From an uncultured archaeon (GTDB lineage: Archaea > Aenigmatarchaeota > Aenigmatarchaeia > CG10238-14 > SCSR01): DNA of 36,936 nt. The position numbers were made by a program, and so were the translations under genes. Below the pieces are notes generated by a model that was not told the DNA's origin, did not search any database, and worked only from the letters and a program-made list of their open reading frames with translations. Positions 1 through 7,657 of the stretch are shown in pieces. Location: positions 1 to 36,936 of the forward strand of contig CAZONC010000002.1 of assembly GCA_964581305.1 (NCBI GenBank), read 5' to 3'. The stretch's first letter is position 1, and the number at the start of each line of letters is the position of its first letter.

Positions 1-54
1 AACTAAAGCCACCCTTACAAGGTGGAGAAGGGAGTTCGATTCTCCCCAGACCCA
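1..54 (+). tRNA. tRNA-Val(TAC), 5'-truncated by the window edge
   Basis: Anticodon stem CCACC(9-13)/GGTGG(21-25) with loop CTTACAA (anticodon TAC). T-arm GGGAG-TTCGATT-CTCCC (30-46). Acceptor 3' strand CAGACCC plus discriminator A54. The 5' acceptor strand and most of the D-arm lie upstream of the window. Confidence 0.7.
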
Positions 55-557
55 TTTAAAAATAATTGTGCAATTTCTTTTGGTAAATTTTCTCGATTTT
101 CTATTGTCACCTCAAAAATTTTTCCATAATCTTTAAATTGAAAAACAAAACTTCTATGCAAAACCGCAATAACCCTCTTATCTGAATTTAAAATTTCAAA
201 AACTTTTTGTTTGAATTTTTCGCTAAAAAATTCCATTTTTCCAATTTCATCTATTGCAATTAAATCACAGTTTTTAAAGGCAAACTGTAAGGCTGGTAAA
301 GCAATTTTTTCGAAATTATCTAGGTTTACCCTATATTTTCCTAATCTTGGTCCAAATTTGTAATCACTGCTTGCTAAAAGCCTCTCTTTTCCTGAATAAA
401 TATCTTTAACTAAAAATCCGATTCTTTTTTGCCCAATTCTTTTTTCTGGTGTTATTATTCCGCCAATTTTTAACCCTCTTTGCTTAAGAATTTCAATTAC
501 TTTAAGCAAAACAGTCGTTTTTCCACAACCTGGCAAACCAGTAAGAAAAATTTTCAT
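15..557 (-). CDS. THEP1/COG1618-type nucleoside-triphosphatase (P-loop NTPase)
   Basis: Walker A GLPGCGKTT at the N-terminus and Walker B-like LIAIDEIGKME; size about 180 aa. The ORF track starts at a GTG (566) that sits inside a GGTGG Shine-Dalgarno sequence. ATG at 557 (MKIFLTG...) is the more likely start. The last ~13 codons run antisense through tRNA-Val. Confidence 0.7.
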   Translation of the reverse strand: MKIFLTGLPGCGKTTVLLKVIEILKQRGLKIGGIITPEKRIGQKRIGFLVKDIYSGKERLLASSDYKFGPRLGKYRVNLDNFEKIALPALQFAFKNCDLIAIDEIGKMEFFSEKFKQKVFEILNSDKRVIAVLHRSFVFQFKDYGKIFEVTIENRENLPKEIAQLFLNGSGENRTPFSTL

Positions 558-606
558 CTTAACCACCCTTTTTCTTAATTTTTACTATTGTAGAAAAAGG
601 ATAAAA

Positions 607-710
607 TAGCGGGGGCTGGATTTGAACCAGCGACCTTCGGGTTATGAGCCCGACGAGCAATCTGTGATAACTCCAGGCTGCTTTGGAGAGCTTTGAGCTT
701 CTACCCCGCT
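607..710 (-). tRNA. Initiator-type tRNA-Met(CAT) carrying ~30 extra nt in the D-arm region
   Basis: Minus strand reads AGCGGGG-TA-[48 nt]-TCGGG-CTCATAA-CCCGA-AGGTC-GCTGG-TTCAAAT-CCAGC-CCCCGCT-A. It has an A1:U72 pair and three consecutive G:C pairs closing the anticodon stem, which are archaeal initiator hallmarks. The D region is 48 nt where about 18 is expected. Confidence 0.75.
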
Positions 711-730
711 ATCCTGGAGTGTTCCACTGC

Positions 731-744
731 TATAGCTAATTATC
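731..744 (-). promoter_or_regulatory. Candidate TATA-like box for the tRNA-Met gene
   Basis: The AT-rich element tatagctaattatc is centred about 27 nt upstream of the tRNA 5' end at 710. The call rests on position only. Confidence 0.25.
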
Positions 745-770
745 TTTTTGTTTAATTTAAAAATTTAATT

Positions 771-791
771 TTTACTACTTTGTGTAGTAAA
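771..791. promoter_or_regulatory. Perfect inverted repeat TTTACTAC-N5-GTAGTAAA, a candidate operator
   Basis: The 8-bp arms at 771-778 and 784-791 are exact reverse complements. The repeat lies ~68 nt upstream of the ATG at 859, in the divergent region between tRNA-Met and the small-ORF/TrmB operon. Confidence 0.35.
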
Positions 792-858
792 TTTTACATT
801 AAATACAACCTCAAAAAAGTTACAAATTTAATTATTTTCCGTTTTTTATTTTTCATTT

Positions 859-1170
859 ATGCAAGATAAAAAATTATTAAAGTATTTATTTGAGACAGCA
901 GATTATCTTAAGGAAAATCGCACTAAAAAATTTTTAAAAGAATATTTTGGCATTATACCAACCCTTAGCGGGTTTTTGATAGCAGGTGTTGCTGGAACTA
1001 TAACACAAGTAATTGGAACTATATATAGCATTTCTGAAGGCGCATGTTTTTCATCTGCACTTGCGTATGGTAGCGATTTGGCTGGAAAAGTGATTGCGCC
1101 TGGATTTATTGCTGGGCAATTTACCGGTTATAAAATCAAAAAAATGATAACATCATTCTTTAAAAAATAA
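859..1170 (+). CDS. Hypothetical small membrane protein (Gly/Ala-rich hydrophobic segments)
   Basis: 103-aa ORF and first gene of a tightly spaced same-strand cluster. Two Gly-zipper-like hydrophobic stretches (IIPTLSGFLIAGVAGTITQVIGTIY and LAGKVIAPGFIAGQF). No family recognised. Confidence 0.45.
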   Translation: MQDKKLLKYLFETADYLKENRTKKFLKEYFGIIPTLSGFLIAGVAGTITQVIGTIYSISEGACFSSALAYGSDLAGKVIAPGFIAGQFTGYKIKKMITSFFKK

Positions 1171-1180
1171 GAGGAGGTGA
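1171..1180 (+). promoter_or_regulatory. Strong Shine-Dalgarno sequence GAGGAGGTGA
   Basis: Lies 4 nt upstream of the GTG start at 1185. The neighbouring ATG at 1183 runs straight into a TGA, so the GTG is the usable start. Confidence 0.5.
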
Positions 1181-1184
1181 AAAT

Positions 1185-1442
1185 GTGATAACTGAGCGGG
1201 ATGTAATTGTGTTTACTGCTGGTGCGATTGCAGCAAGAGTAATACCCGACTATATAGCTCGCTATATAGATAAAGTAAACGAAAAAAGATCGCAAGAAAT
1301 GGCAAAATATTTAATTAACGGGTTAAAAGAAGCAGGTCTACTTGATCAACCAAAAATAAATGAACAAAAAATATACAAAACTATCGAAGAGTTAAGTAGT
1401 AGGCTAGATAAAATAGAAGAAAAAATTGGATATAAAAAGTGA
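1185..1442 (+). CDS. Hypothetical small protein (N-terminal hydrophobic helix plus charged helical tail)
   Basis: 85-aa ORF with a GTG start preceded by GAGGAGGTGA. It begins 14 nt after the previous stop. Confidence 0.5.
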   Translation: MITERDVIVFTAGAIAARVIPDYIARYIDKVNEKRSQEMAKYLINGLKEAGLLDQPKINEQKIYKTIEELSSRLDKIEEKIGYKK

Positions 1443-1446
1443 TTAG

Positions 1447-1755
1447 GTGGAAATCGATATAGGCTCATTTCTTTATGCACTATTTAAGTCAGTAGATAAG
1501 GATTTGTTTTTAAAAATGACTGAAGAATACAAAAATAGTGAAATTTCTAAGAACGAATTGAAAAATTTATTAAAAAATATTCCAGAAATGGTACCAAAAA
1601 AATATAAAATATTAATAGAAACCATAAGTACAATGCCGATGGATAGTGTAATAGATTTGATTGCAAATTTTGTGAAAGAATTATTTAGAACAAATGAAGG
1701 AAAATATAAAACTTGTGGGGAAGTAATTAGAGAGGCATTAAATGCCTATTTGTAA
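1447..1755 (+). CDS. Hypothetical small soluble protein
   Basis: 102-aa ORF beginning 4 nt after the previous stop. The GTG start is uncertain, and an in-frame ATG lies ~70 nt downstream. No family recognised. Confidence 0.4.
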   Translation: MEIDIGSFLYALFKSVDKDLFLKMTEEYKNSEISKNELKNLLKNIPEMVPKKYKILIETISTMPMDSVIDLIANFVKELFRTNEGKYKTCGEVIREALNAYL

Positions 1756-1799
1756 AATGGTGGATAAAAATTAACTATACAGAAATTTTAAATCAAAAA

Positions 1800-2114
1800 A
1801 TGTACTATGAAAGTAAATTTATTGATTTAAAAAAATCGAAAAATATAAGTGAAATTGAAAAGTTAAAAAATAATATTTTGGCTTCTAACTTGCCAAACTA
1901 CTACAAAGAAAATATGGTTAAAGAAATTGATGAGTACTTAACTGCAAACAAATCGAATAGATCAAGCACTTTACTAATGATATTTTCTTTTATTGTTGGT
2001 TTTGCTAGCGGATTTTTCCTTAAGGACAAATTAGATGATTATTTAGAAAATGAGAATAAAGCATTTATTGACCATATTGATAAAGAAATATCTAAATATT
2101 TTAAATTTAAATAA
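1800..2114 (+). CDS. Hypothetical small protein with one central transmembrane helix
   Basis: 104-aa ORF with a central hydrophobic segment STLLMIFSFIVGFASGFFL. No family recognised. Confidence 0.45.
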   Translation: MYYESKFIDLKKSKNISEIEKLKNNILASNLPNYYKENMVKEIDEYLTANKSNRSSTLLMIFSFIVGFASGFFLKDKLDDYLENENKAFIDHIDKEISKYFKFK

Positions 2115-2121
2115 GTAAATA

Positions 2122-2910
2122 GTGGTTATGGAAAAAGAAACAATTTTCAAATTACTTAAAGATATTGGGTTAAATGAATATGAATCGCGTGCATATGCAA
2201 CGCTTGTTTTTATTGGTCCTGCAAAAGCAAGTGAGATAAGCCAAGAAGCAATAATTCCGCAATCGAAAATTTATGAAGTCTTAGATCAGCTAATGAATAA
2301 ACAACTTGTTGAGGTTTTTAATGGCCGTCCAAAAGAATATAAGGCAGTAGCACCAGAAATTGCATTTAAAAATATTTTAGAACAAAGAAAAAATGAAATT
2401 CAAGAATTAGAAAAAAAATTAATCTATTTAAAAAGTTTTTTAAAACCAATTCGACCAATTGAAGAGGTTACTAGTGGTATATGGACCATAAAAGGCAAAA
2501 AATGGCAAGAGTTTTTTAACAAAACTGCAGAAATGATTGACAGAAGTAAAAATTATGTCTATGGTGTTACACGTGATTTTTCCTTGACACCAACACTTCA
2601 AAAAAGTGTAAAGAATGCTATACGGCGTGGTGTTAAAATACGCGTTATAGGAATGGAAAGACCAAATGAAATAAGTTATCCGAGAGTTAAATGGTATAAA
2701 GCAAATGGTATTGAAGTAAGGATTTTTGAAACAAAAGTACATCCAAGAATTGTTCTAATCGATGATAATGAAGTTTTGCTAAGGCTTGATCATGATCCAA
2801 CAAAAAGGAATAGATTTGGTTTTAATTCGATTTGGTCAAATGATCCTTCTTTAGTTCATGTTTTTAATGTATATGTAAAAAATCTATGGGAAAAAGCAGA
2901 AAAAATTTAA
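2122..2910 (+). CDS. TrmB-family transcriptional regulator
   Basis: N-terminal winged-helix signature LGLNEYESRAYATLV...ASEISQEAIIPQSKIYEVLDQLMNKQLV, followed by a coiled-coil linker and a C-terminal effector-like domain. The likely start is ATG at 2128. Confidence 0.75.
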   Translation: MVMEKETIFKLLKDIGLNEYESRAYATLVFIGPAKASEISQEAIIPQSKIYEVLDQLMNKQLVEVFNGRPKEYKAVAPEIAFKNILEQRKNEIQELEKKLIYLKSFLKPIRPIEEVTSGIWTIKGKKWQEFFNKTAEMIDRSKNYVYGVTRDFSLTPTLQKSVKNAIRRGVKIRVIGMERPNEISYPRVKWYKANGIEVRIFETKVHPRIVLIDDNEVLLRLDHDPTKRNRFGFNSIWSNDPSLVHVFNVYVKNLWEKAEKI

Positions 2911-2995
2911 TGGGCCCGACGGGATTTGAACCCGCAACCAACAGCTTTCATCGATTTAGAAGGCTGCTGCTCTATCCAAGTTGAGCTACGGGCCC
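2911..2995 (-). tRNA. tRNA-Arg(TCT) with a ~10-nt insertion in the anticodon loop
   Basis: Minus strand reads GGGCCCG-TA-GCTC-AACTTGGATA-GAGC-A-GCAGC-[CTTCTAAATCGATGAAA]-GCTGT-TGGTT-GCGGG-TTCAAAT-CCCGT-CGGGCCC-A. There are 17 nt between the anticodon-stem strands instead of 7. Confidence 0.65.
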
Positions 2996-3055
2996 GGACA
3001 TTTTATATTCCTATTTTGCAATAATAAAAATCTTTAAAAAAATAAACTAATATTG

Positions 3056-5767
3056 ATGAGGCAAACCAAAATTGATTTTAAAAAAATAGAAGAAAAATGG
3101 CAGGAAAAATGGCAATTAGCAGAAATATTTAATGCGGACGTAGATATAAAAAAACCGAAGTTTTTTATCACGTTTCCATATCCATATGTTAATGGGGCAC
3201 CACATATCGGTTCGGCTTTCACAGCATTAAGGACAGATAGTTATGCAAGATTTAAACGGATGAGAGGGTTTAATGTTCTTTTTCCTCAAGGATTTCACGC
3301 AACTGGCGCATCAATTCTTGGAGCAATAGAAAGATTGAAAAAAAGTGATATAGCACAAATCGAAACTTTTAAGTTATATGGTGCTACAAGTCATGATTTA
3401 AAAGATTTTATAGATAAAGGTGCGGAGTATACTGTAAAATTTTGGGTTAATAGATGGATTGAAGATCTAAAAAGTGTTGGTTATTCTGCTGATTGGAGAA
3501 GAACATTTATAACAACAACCATTACTCCTACATATTCAAGATTTATTGAATGGCAGTATAATACACTTAAAAAGAAAGGTTACATAACTAAAGGAACATA
3601 TCCTGTTGTTTGGTGTCCAAGTTGTTGTTCGCCAACAGGCGATCATGACAGATTAAAGGGTGTGGGGGAAGATCCAATTGAATATATAATTATTAAATTT
3701 AGGTTAGAGTCAGGAGAAATAATACCATGTGGTACTCTTAGACCAGAAACAGTCTATGGTGTTACAAATCTTTGGATAAATCCTGAAATTGAATATGTTT
3801 GGGTAAAAGTTGATGGTGAAGTTTGGCTACTATCCGAACCGGCAATCACAAAGTTGAAAGATCAACTCAAAAAAATTCGAGTTATAGGAAAAGTAAGTGG
3901 AAAAAATCTTATTGGAAAATATGTGGAAAATCCTGTGCTTAAAAATAAAGTTATTATTTTACCTGCTGCTTTTGTCGATCCAAATTCTGCTACTGGTATT
4001 GTTATGTCTGTACCCTCACATGCACCTTATGATTGGATTGGATTAGTTGATTTAAAAAACAACCCAGGAGAACTTAGCAAATATGGTATAGATCCAAAAA
4101 TATTGGACAATATTAAACCCATATCAATAATAGAAACAGAAGAGTTTGGAGAACATCCTGCAATAGAGATATGCGATAAAATGGAAATTCAAAACTCGAA
4201 AGAAAAAGAAAAATTGGATGAGGCAACATCAATCATTTATAAAAAAGAATTTCATTTGGGGGTATGCAAAAAAGGTTGTGGAAAATGGGCAGGAATGGCT
4301 GTTGCTGAATGTAAAGAAAAGATAGCAAAGGAGTTTATCGAACAGGGAATTGCTGATCGTATGTGGGAACTAACTGGTGAAGTTATATGCAAATGTGGCA
4401 CACCAAATCATGTGAAAATTTTAGAGAATCAGTGGTTCCTTAAGTATTCTGATGAAAAATGGAAAGAAAAAGTGAGAAAATGTATAGAAAAAATTAAATT
4501 TTATCCTGAAGAAGTTCGAACTCAATTCCTAAATACAGTTAATTGGCTAAAAGATAAGCCTTGTACACGAAAAACAGGTCTTGGAACGCCTTTGCCATGG
4601 GATAAAGAATGGATAATAGAAACTTTATCTGATAGCACCATTTATATGGCATATTATACAATTGCACGAATTATTAATGAGAAAAAAATTCCTGCCGATA
4701 AATTAACCGATGAGGTTTTCGATTATGTTTTTCTAGGAAAAGGTAATTTAGATGAAATAAGTGCTAAAAGCAAACTTAGTAAAAAAATTATACAGCAAAT
4801 GCGTGATGAATTTGAATACTTTTACCCAGTTGATTTAAGAAACTCAGGTAAAGATCTTCTTCAAAATCACTTAATATTTTATTTATTTCATCATGTTGCT
4901 ATCTGGGATAATCCAAAATATTGGCCAAAAGCTATTAGTGTAAATGGTTTTGTAAATGTCGCGGGAACAAAGATGAGTAAATCGCTTGGAAATGTAATTC
5001 CACTTAGAGCTCTTATAGAAAAATGTGGTGCAGATTTGGTAAGAATTAATTTAATTGCCTCTAATGAAGAACTAAATGATGCGGAATGGAGAGATGAAAG
5101 CTTACAGGGATATATAACAAGAATTCAATTTATCTATAATTTAATTTCTAATCTTGCACATGCAAATAAAAAGAAAACACAAAATATTGAAAAATATTTG
5201 CAAAGTCGTGTTCAGGAGTATATAAAGAGTGCAACACAAAATTTTGAGGAATTGAAATTTAGAAGTGCAACTCAAAAAGTGCTTTTCGAGTTGACAAATG
5301 ATATAAAATGGTATATTGACAGAAATGGCGGAATTGCAAATTGTAATAGAAAAACACTAACTGAAACGCTGTTAACAACAGTGAAATTGTTAACGCCGCT
5401 TTTACCTCATATATGCGAAGAGATGTGGAGCATGTTAGGTGGAAAAAAATTTGTTGCAATAGAAAGCTGGCCAGAATACGATTCAAAAAAATACAATAAA
5501 AAAATTATAGAATTGGAAGAACAGTTGAAAAAAACAATTGAAGATATAAGGCAAGTTGTTAAACTAGCAGGAAAGAAAAAAAATGCCTATATTTATGTAG
5601 TTTCGCCAGAAGAATTAACACATTACAATGAAGCAAAAGAATTCATTCAAAGAATGTTTAAATTTGAAAAAGTTTTCATTTTTAAATCAACCGATAAAAA
5701 ACGGTATGATCCACAAAATAAAGCTGCTAAAGCCAAATATGGAAAACCTGGAATTTATTTAGAATAA
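3056..5767 (+). CDS. leuS: Leucyl-tRNA synthetase (archaeal type)
   Basis: N-terminus IEEKWQEKW, HIGH-type motif NGAPHIGSAF, KMSKS motif GTKMSKSLGN, and an archaeal-style C-terminus (DPQNKAAKAKYGKPGIYLE). The ORF track starts at TTG 3053; ATG 3056 is more likely. Confidence 0.9.
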   Translation: MRQTKIDFKKIEEKWQEKWQLAEIFNADVDIKKPKFFITFPYPYVNGAPHIGSAFTALRTDSYARFKRMRGFNVLFPQGFHATGASILGAIERLKKSDIAQIETFKLYGATSHDLKDFIDKGAEYTVKFWVNRWIEDLKSVGYSADWRRTFITTTITPTYSRFIEWQYNTLKKKGYITKGTYPVVWCPSCCSPTGDHDRLKGVGEDPIEYIIIKFRLESGEIIPCGTLRPETVYGVTNLWINPEIEYVWVKVDGEVWLLSEPAITKLKDQLKKIRVIGKVSGKNLIGKYVENPVLKNKVIILPAAFVDPNSATGIVMSVPSHAPYDWIGLVDLKNNPGELSKYGIDPKILDNIKPISIIETEEFGEHPAIEICDKMEIQNSKEKEKLDEATSIIYKKEFHLGVCKKGCGKWAGMAVAECKEKIAKEFIEQGIADRMWELTGEVICKCGTPNHVKILENQWFLKYSDEKWKEKVRKCIEKIKFYPEEVRTQFLNTVNWLKDKPCTRKTGLGTPLPWDKEWIIETLSDSTIYMAYYTIARIINEKKIPADKLTDEVFDYVFLGKGNLDEISAKSKLSKKIIQQMRDEFEYFYPVDLRNSGKDLLQNHLIFYLFHHVAIWDNPKYWPKAISVNGFVNVAGTKMSKSLGNVIPLRALIEKCGADLVRINLIASNEELNDAEWRDESLQGYITRIQFIYNLISNLAHANKKKTQNIEKYLQSRVQEYIKSATQNFEELKFRSATQKVLFELTNDIKWYIDRNGGIANCNRKTLTETLLTTVKLLTPLLPHICEEMWSMLGGKKFVAIESWPEYDSKKYNKKIIELEEQLKKTIEDIRQVVKLAGKKKNAYIYVVSPEELTHYNEAKEFIQRMFKFEKVFIFKSTDKKRYDPQNKAAKAKYGKPGIYLE

Positions 5768-5768
5768 T

Positions 5769-6545
5769 TTAGAGCTGTAAAACCTCAATAAATGCTGCTA
5801 CGCAAAGAATTAAAAATCCTATTGCTAGATATATCAAGCTATCTTTTATTATTATTTTTTGCCATTTTGATTTTTTAGTTATTGCTGTAGATATTAGGCC
5901 ACCTGCAATTCCGCCTACAAAATATGCAAGAAATTCGAGAAAACCGTGTGGTAGAAATCGCAAAACAATTAAAGGCAATTTAGCAACACCAATATTGCGC
6001 ACCATTAGACCAATTGTTGTAGCAACGATTGATGCATTCCATGAAAAAATAAAAATTGCTCCTGCAGCAAAAAGCAAGGAAAGGAAAAATGATATGAGAA
6101 GAATACCAATATTGTTAATTAAAATTGCTTTTAAGTTACTACCAAAAAATTCGCCTTTTATCAGTTTAAGTTCTTCAATCTGCTCTTTAAAAAGTTCTTC
6201 AGTAACATTTGGCGGAAGCATCACAAAAATTATCGTCAAACACGTTATCATTCCAAAGAAAAAAGAGATATAAACTAAAACAATATCAAAATGGCGCCGA
6301 AATATGCTCATTTTCATTTTTCGTGCAATTTGCGCTTCTGTTTGTTCTTCTTCACGACGTATTAATTCCACCATAAATGGCATCATACAAATGGTTGTTA
6401 AAAATGTGAAAAAAAGTCCTTTGTAAGATGGAAAAATTAAAAATGAAATTGCTAGGCAAATTGTGGAAATAAATCCTCCAACTATAAACATTTTCCATGG
6501 ATGCTTAACAGCATCTTTCACTGAAGTTATTCTTTCTAAAACCAT
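5769..6545 (-). CDS. Integral membrane protein, SpoIIM/DUF95-like
   Basis: Multi-pass hydrophobic profile with the characteristic LPHGFLEFLAYFVGGIAGG segment. Confidence 0.55.
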   Translation of the reverse strand: MVLERITSVKDAVKHPWKMFIVGGFISTICLAISFLIFPSYKGLFFTFLTTICMMPFMVELIRREEEQTEAQIARKMKMSIFRRHFDIVLVYISFFFGMITCLTIIFVMLPPNVTEELFKEQIEELKLIKGEFFGSNLKAILINNIGILLISFFLSLLFAAGAIFIFSWNASIVATTIGLMVRNIGVAKLPLIVLRFLPHGFLEFLAYFVGGIAGGLISTAITKKSKWQKIIIKDSLIYLAIGFLILCVAAFIEVLQL

Positions 6546-6582
6546 AATTAAATTTTAAAAATTAAGATATATTAGTGATTCT

Positions 6583-7092
6583 GTGCAAAAAAAACATATA
6601 GGAATATTTTTGATTATAATTATGTTTTCCTCAGTAATTGTTACCTCTTTCCTCTCATCTTTGTATCCAAAAATTCCAGAAAGCCCAGTAGAATATGAAC
6701 TGAGTTTAGATCAAGAAATAGAAATATTAAGAAATGGTAAGACTATTGTTAAATTTTATTATACATCATCATGTACCGATTGCGCAGAAATAAAAGAATA
6801 CTTAATGAATCTTGCTAATCAATATAAAAATCATATTTACGTGGAAAATATTCTTGCAGAAAATAAAAGTTATTTTACCACTATTAAATTTGATGAAATA
6901 AATAAAACAATTACTTTGGTTAACCAAAGTCTAGAAAAATTGCCTTTGATACATCTAATTGGTTTTAATTTTACACAAACAAAAATCATTCCAACAACAA
7001 TTACAATTGAGGAAAATATAACAAATGAAAAAATATTTTCTGAAATTTGTAAAATTTTATTTCAGCCATTGGCAGATTGTCTGATTACGTGA
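6583..7092 (+). CDS. Membrane-anchored hypothetical protein, possibly thioredoxin-fold (CxxC)
   Basis: N-terminal hydrophobic anchor, followed by IVKFYYTSSCTDCAEIKEYL, which resembles a thioredoxin or glutaredoxin active-site context. GTG start. Confidence 0.35.
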   Translation: MQKKHIGIFLIIIMFSSVIVTSFLSSLYPKIPESPVEYELSLDQEIEILRNGKTIVKFYYTSSCTDCAEIKEYLMNLANQYKNHIYVENILAENKSYFTTIKFDEINKTITLVNQSLEKLPLIHLIGFNFTQTKIIPTTITIEENITNEKIFSEICKILFQPLADCLIT

Positions 7093-7096
7093 TTAT

Positions 7097-7657
7097 TTGC
7101 TGTGTGTAGGAATAGATTTAGCAGGGGTAGAAAAAAGGCCAACTGGCTTTTGTGTACTCGATGAAAAATTTAATGTAGAAACAAAAATACTTTACACTGA
7201 CAAAGAAATAATTACTGAAATTTATAGGATTAAACCGGATATTGTAGCTATTGATGCTCCACTTGCACGCCCAAAAAAAAGATCAGGAAGTCTAAGAAAA
7301 TGCGATGAAGAACTTAAAAAAATGGGAATAAAATTTTTTCCCATAAATTTACCAACTATGAAAAAATTAACTGAAAGAGGGATTCGATTAAGAAAAATTA
7401 TAGAGAAAAAATTTAAAGTTATAGAAACATATCCTGGTGCTGCACAGGATATACTCGGAATTCCTAGAAAACAAAAAGGAATAGAGAAATTGCGAAACGG
7501 ATTAAAAAAATTTGTTAAAATTAAAAAAAGAAAAATTTCTAATCATGAACTAGATGCTATTACATGTGCATTGGTTGGAAAAATGTACCTAGACAATAAT
7601 TGTATAATTTTAGGCGATCCAAAAGAAATATTAATGGTTCTTCCAAAAATACCTTAG
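7097..7657 (+). CDS. Predicted RNase H-fold nuclease (DUF429/COG2410-like)
   Basis: N-terminal GIDLAG...PTGFCVLD and downstream IVAIDAPL and ELDAITCAL acidic motifs typical of RNase H-like folds. TTG start. Confidence 0.45.
   Translation: MLCVGIDLAGVEKRPTGFCVLDEKFNVETKILYTDKEIITEIYRIKPDIVAIDAPLARPKKRSGSLRKCDEELKKMGIKFFPINLPTMKKLTERGIRLRKIIEKKFKVIETYPGAAQDILGIPRKQKGIEKLRNGLKKFVKIKKRKISNHELDAITCALVGKMYLDNNCIILGDPKEILMVLPKIP

Noticed and set aside
607-2995. Possible integrated mobile element or provirus between tRNA-Met and tRNA-Arg.
   Set aside because: I saw no integrase, transposase or capsid-like gene, no direct repeat of either tRNA 3' end at the opposite boundary, and no obvious composition shift. 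It is kept only as an uncharacterised operon.
3049-3060. TTGATGA resembling a C/D-box sRNA C box.
   Set aside because: It is the leuS start region (TTG-ATG-AGG). I saw no matching D box or terminal stem at a suitable distance.
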